From a virus: 10,603 bases of DNA. The stretch is taken from UHGV virus genome UHGV-1818536, one strand, 5' to 3'. Shown in pieces: positions 9,435-10,603 of this stretch (position 1 is the first letter of the stretch; the number at the start of each line of letters is the position of its first letter). The position numbers were made by a program, and so were the translations under genes. The notes beneath the pieces were generated by a model. It saw only the letters and a list, made by a program, of their open reading frames with translations, was not told the origin of the DNA and ran no database searches.

Positions 9435-9900
9435 GGTTGAATAGCTCCTTGATACGAGAGCGCCGCTTATCGCGATCTCCCTTATCAGGTGTCACGTCTT
9501 CAACTTGCGACTGCTCTTTGAGGCCCAAATCACGGGCGATGATGTTAGCGTTGAGAAGGTCAGCGGCTGCGCCAGAGAATTTCTGGTCGTAGATGATGTC
9601 TTCCGCTCGTGATGTGACGTCAGAAAAACCTTCCATTGACCGGAAGGTTCCCCATGTTTGCCTGGTGATATCAAGGAAGGTGCACAATCCTGAAATAGTC
9701 ATGGCTCGCATCTTAGGGACATTAGCCTTAATTATTTCTCCCTGATATGAAAATACCTTACCCTCCCATAGCGGGTTATCATCAGCCCACTCGAAGTATT
9801 CACAACAAGCAGCCCACAGCGCCTCAGGCGATTCGAATTTAGGGTTTCGCCCATGACTACTGCGGGCCTCCCAGAATCGGTTGCCCTTTGGTGCTGCCAT
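9412..9900 (-). CDS. terS: Terminase small subunit, P22 gp3-like, 162 aa
   Basis: The track ORF starts at 9906 (MNMAAPKGN...). The second ATG, at 9900, gives 162 aa (the P22 gp3 length) and has better spacing (6 nt) from a GTGAG Shine-Dalgarno-like element. The N-terminus [38 protein letters not shown] and C-terminus ...[37 protein letters not shown] match my recollection of gp3. Confidence 0.9.
   Translation of the reverse strand: MAAPKGNRFWEARSSHGRNPKFESPEALWAACCEYFEWADDNPLWEGKVFSYQGEIIKANVPKMRAMTISGLCTFLDITRQTWGTFRSMEGFSDVTSRAEDIIYDQKFSGAAADLLNANIIARDLGLKEQSQVEDVTPDKGDRDKRRSRIKELFNRGTGRDS
9612..9633 (-). other. Position homologous to the P22 pac site inside terS (candidate packaging-recognition region, apparently divergent)
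   Basis: The coding strand here reads GAAGGTTTTTCTGACGTCACAT. The P22 pac site as I recall it is GAAGACTTATCTGAGGTCGTTA, giving 14/22 identity at the equivalent codons. Whether this acts as a pac site cannot be judged from sequence. Confidence 0.3.
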
Positions 9901-9935
9901 ATTCATCTCACTTAATCGTTATTTCAGGTTGAGCA

Positions 9936-10178
9936 TCATGCTCCGGTGGTGAACAGGTCTAACGCTTCCTTCGATTTACGCACCGCTTCGAATGTGCGGA
10001 TCGTGATATCTGAATTAGCGCCGCCTGACTGGAAGTGAATTTTGAATAGCTCAAGCTTCAGCTCGTCAGTGCCAATGAATTGAAATGCTTCCTCTGCGGC
10101 TGCGTTCTGGTTCATGACCAGTTTGTAAATCTCTAACTGGAATTTCTGTTCTTCAGTCATGGGAATAATCTCTGCCAT
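9936..10178 (-). CDS. Conserved hypothetical protein, 80 aa, immediately upstream of terS (position and length match the 'orf80' of P22-like phages as I recall it)
   Basis: ATG at 10178 with GGAG 6-7 nt upstream. The protein MAEIIPMTEEQKFQLEIYKLVMNQNAAAEEAFQFIGTDELKLELFKIHF... is small, acidic and helical. It lies in the same orientation as terS, 29 nt upstream of it. Confidence 0.7.
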   Translation of the reverse strand: MAEIIPMTEEQKFQLEIYKLVMNQNAAAEEAFQFIGTDELKLELFKIHFQSGGANSDITIRTFEAVRKSKEALDLFTTGA

Positions 10179-10282
10179 TGTTGGCTCCGTTTATCCGTTA
10201 AAAGGGATATCAGTTAAGTTATCCCGTGCAGGGTATAAGCCATTATCAAAGCCACTCTGTAGGGAATGGCTTTTGTGATGGC

Positions 10283-10312
10283 AATAAAAAAGGCCGCCTG
10301 AGCGACCTTTCA
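10283..10312 (-). terminator. Strong rho-independent terminator on the minus strand, with a T-rich tract on the plus side as well (possibly bidirectional)
   Basis: Minus strand: UGA(stop)-AAGGUCGC-UCAG-GCGGCCUU-UUUUAUU, an 8-bp stem (with one U-G pair) followed by a U-run. On the plus strand the same hairpin is followed by TTTCATTTTTCAT. The stop codon of the upstream ORF is embedded in the stem base. Confidence 0.6.
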
Positions 10313-10603
10313 TTTTTCATCCGTTTTAATCATCTGGGTAATTAAGCGGCATCCAGTGTGTAACCTTGCTTGCTCCTGAATCGATGAATGCCTTGGTTCT
10401 CTGCCAGTAAGAGCCCATACATGATAGTTTGAACACGTCACCAGTTCCAGGATAAGATCACTCTCTTTTTCCACAACACCCTTTTCTGGCACCGCAGCTC
10501 CGGTTTCGGACGGCTTTGGCATACCTCCAGCCAGCCTGTCTTCCGCTTCCTGTTTTTCCGCTTCCATCCGCTTCTTCACCTGGAATACCGCCGTCTCCAG
10601 CAC
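10310..10603 (-). CDS. 3' end of an upstream ORF truncated by the window edge (at least 97 codons); product unknown
   Basis: The frame is open from the window edge to the TGA at 10312-10310. The 'M' in the track is a GTG at the edge, so the true start is almost certainly beyond the window. In P22-like phages this position holds late-region accessory genes between the lysis cassette and terS, but I could not recognise the sequence. Confidence 0.4.
   Translation of the reverse strand: MLETAVFQVKKRMEAEKQEAEDRLAGGMPKPSETGAAVPEKGVVEKESDLILELVTCSNYHVWALTGREPRHSSIQEQARLHTGCRLITQMIKTDEK

Noticed and set aside
9412-9906. 164-aa version of the small terminase starting at 9906 (MNMAAPKGN...)
   Set aside because: The SD-like GTGAG abuts this ATG with zero spacing. 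The second ATG at 9900 has proper spacing and gives the 162-aa family length.
10179-10282. Possible sigma-70 promoter for the 80-aa ORF and terminase genes
   Set aside because: The best candidates (a TTGCCA / TACAGA pair, and a TTGATA with no suitably spaced -10) are weak or mis-spaced. Late genes in lambdoid phages are normally read from a single antiterminated late promoter far upstream.
10310-10603. Calling the truncated ORF an Rz/Rz1 spanin or Rha
   Set aside because: There is no lipobox or proline-rich embedded frame, and no sequence I can actually match. Gene order alone is insufficient evidence.
1-10603. CRISPR array, tRNA or rRNA, integrase or transposase, toxin-antitoxin or restriction-type defence genes
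   Set aside because: No direct-repeat/spacer periodicity, no cloverleaf-like structured segments in the short intergenic regions, and every ORF of significant size is accounted for by a virion or packaging protein.

Overview
The window is a near-complete late (virion morphogenesis) module of a P22-like podovirus, either a prophage in an enterobacterial genome or a phage genome, with every gene on the minus strand. Reading 5'->3' on the minus strand (high to low coordinates): a 5'-truncated upstream ORF, a strong intrinsic terminator, a conserved 80-aa ORF, small terminase (P22 gp3-like), large terminase (gp2-like), portal (gp1-like), scaffold (gp8-like), coat (gp5-like), a terminator-like hairpin, a small charged ORF, head-completion gp4-like, gp10-like, a tail needle (gp26-like, but with a repeat-expanded coiled coil and a C-terminal knob), and the start of gp14-like. 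Genes are tightly packed, with TAATG/TGATG stop-start overlaps and two 23-nt overlaps. All identifications rest on reading the supplied translations, on gene order and size, and on recollection of P22-family proteins; no database search was run. I found no CRISPR array, tRNA or rRNA, integrase or transposase, and no obvious defence or anti-defence cargo. The plus-strand ORFs all lie antisense to long minus-strand genes and look like frame artefacts. The most noteworthy points are the tail-needle repeat and knob architecture, a small terminase whose central segment (where the P22 pac site lies) looks divergent, and a hairpin plus small AT-hook-like ORF between coat and gp4. I did not find convincing evidence of a previously undescribed system.
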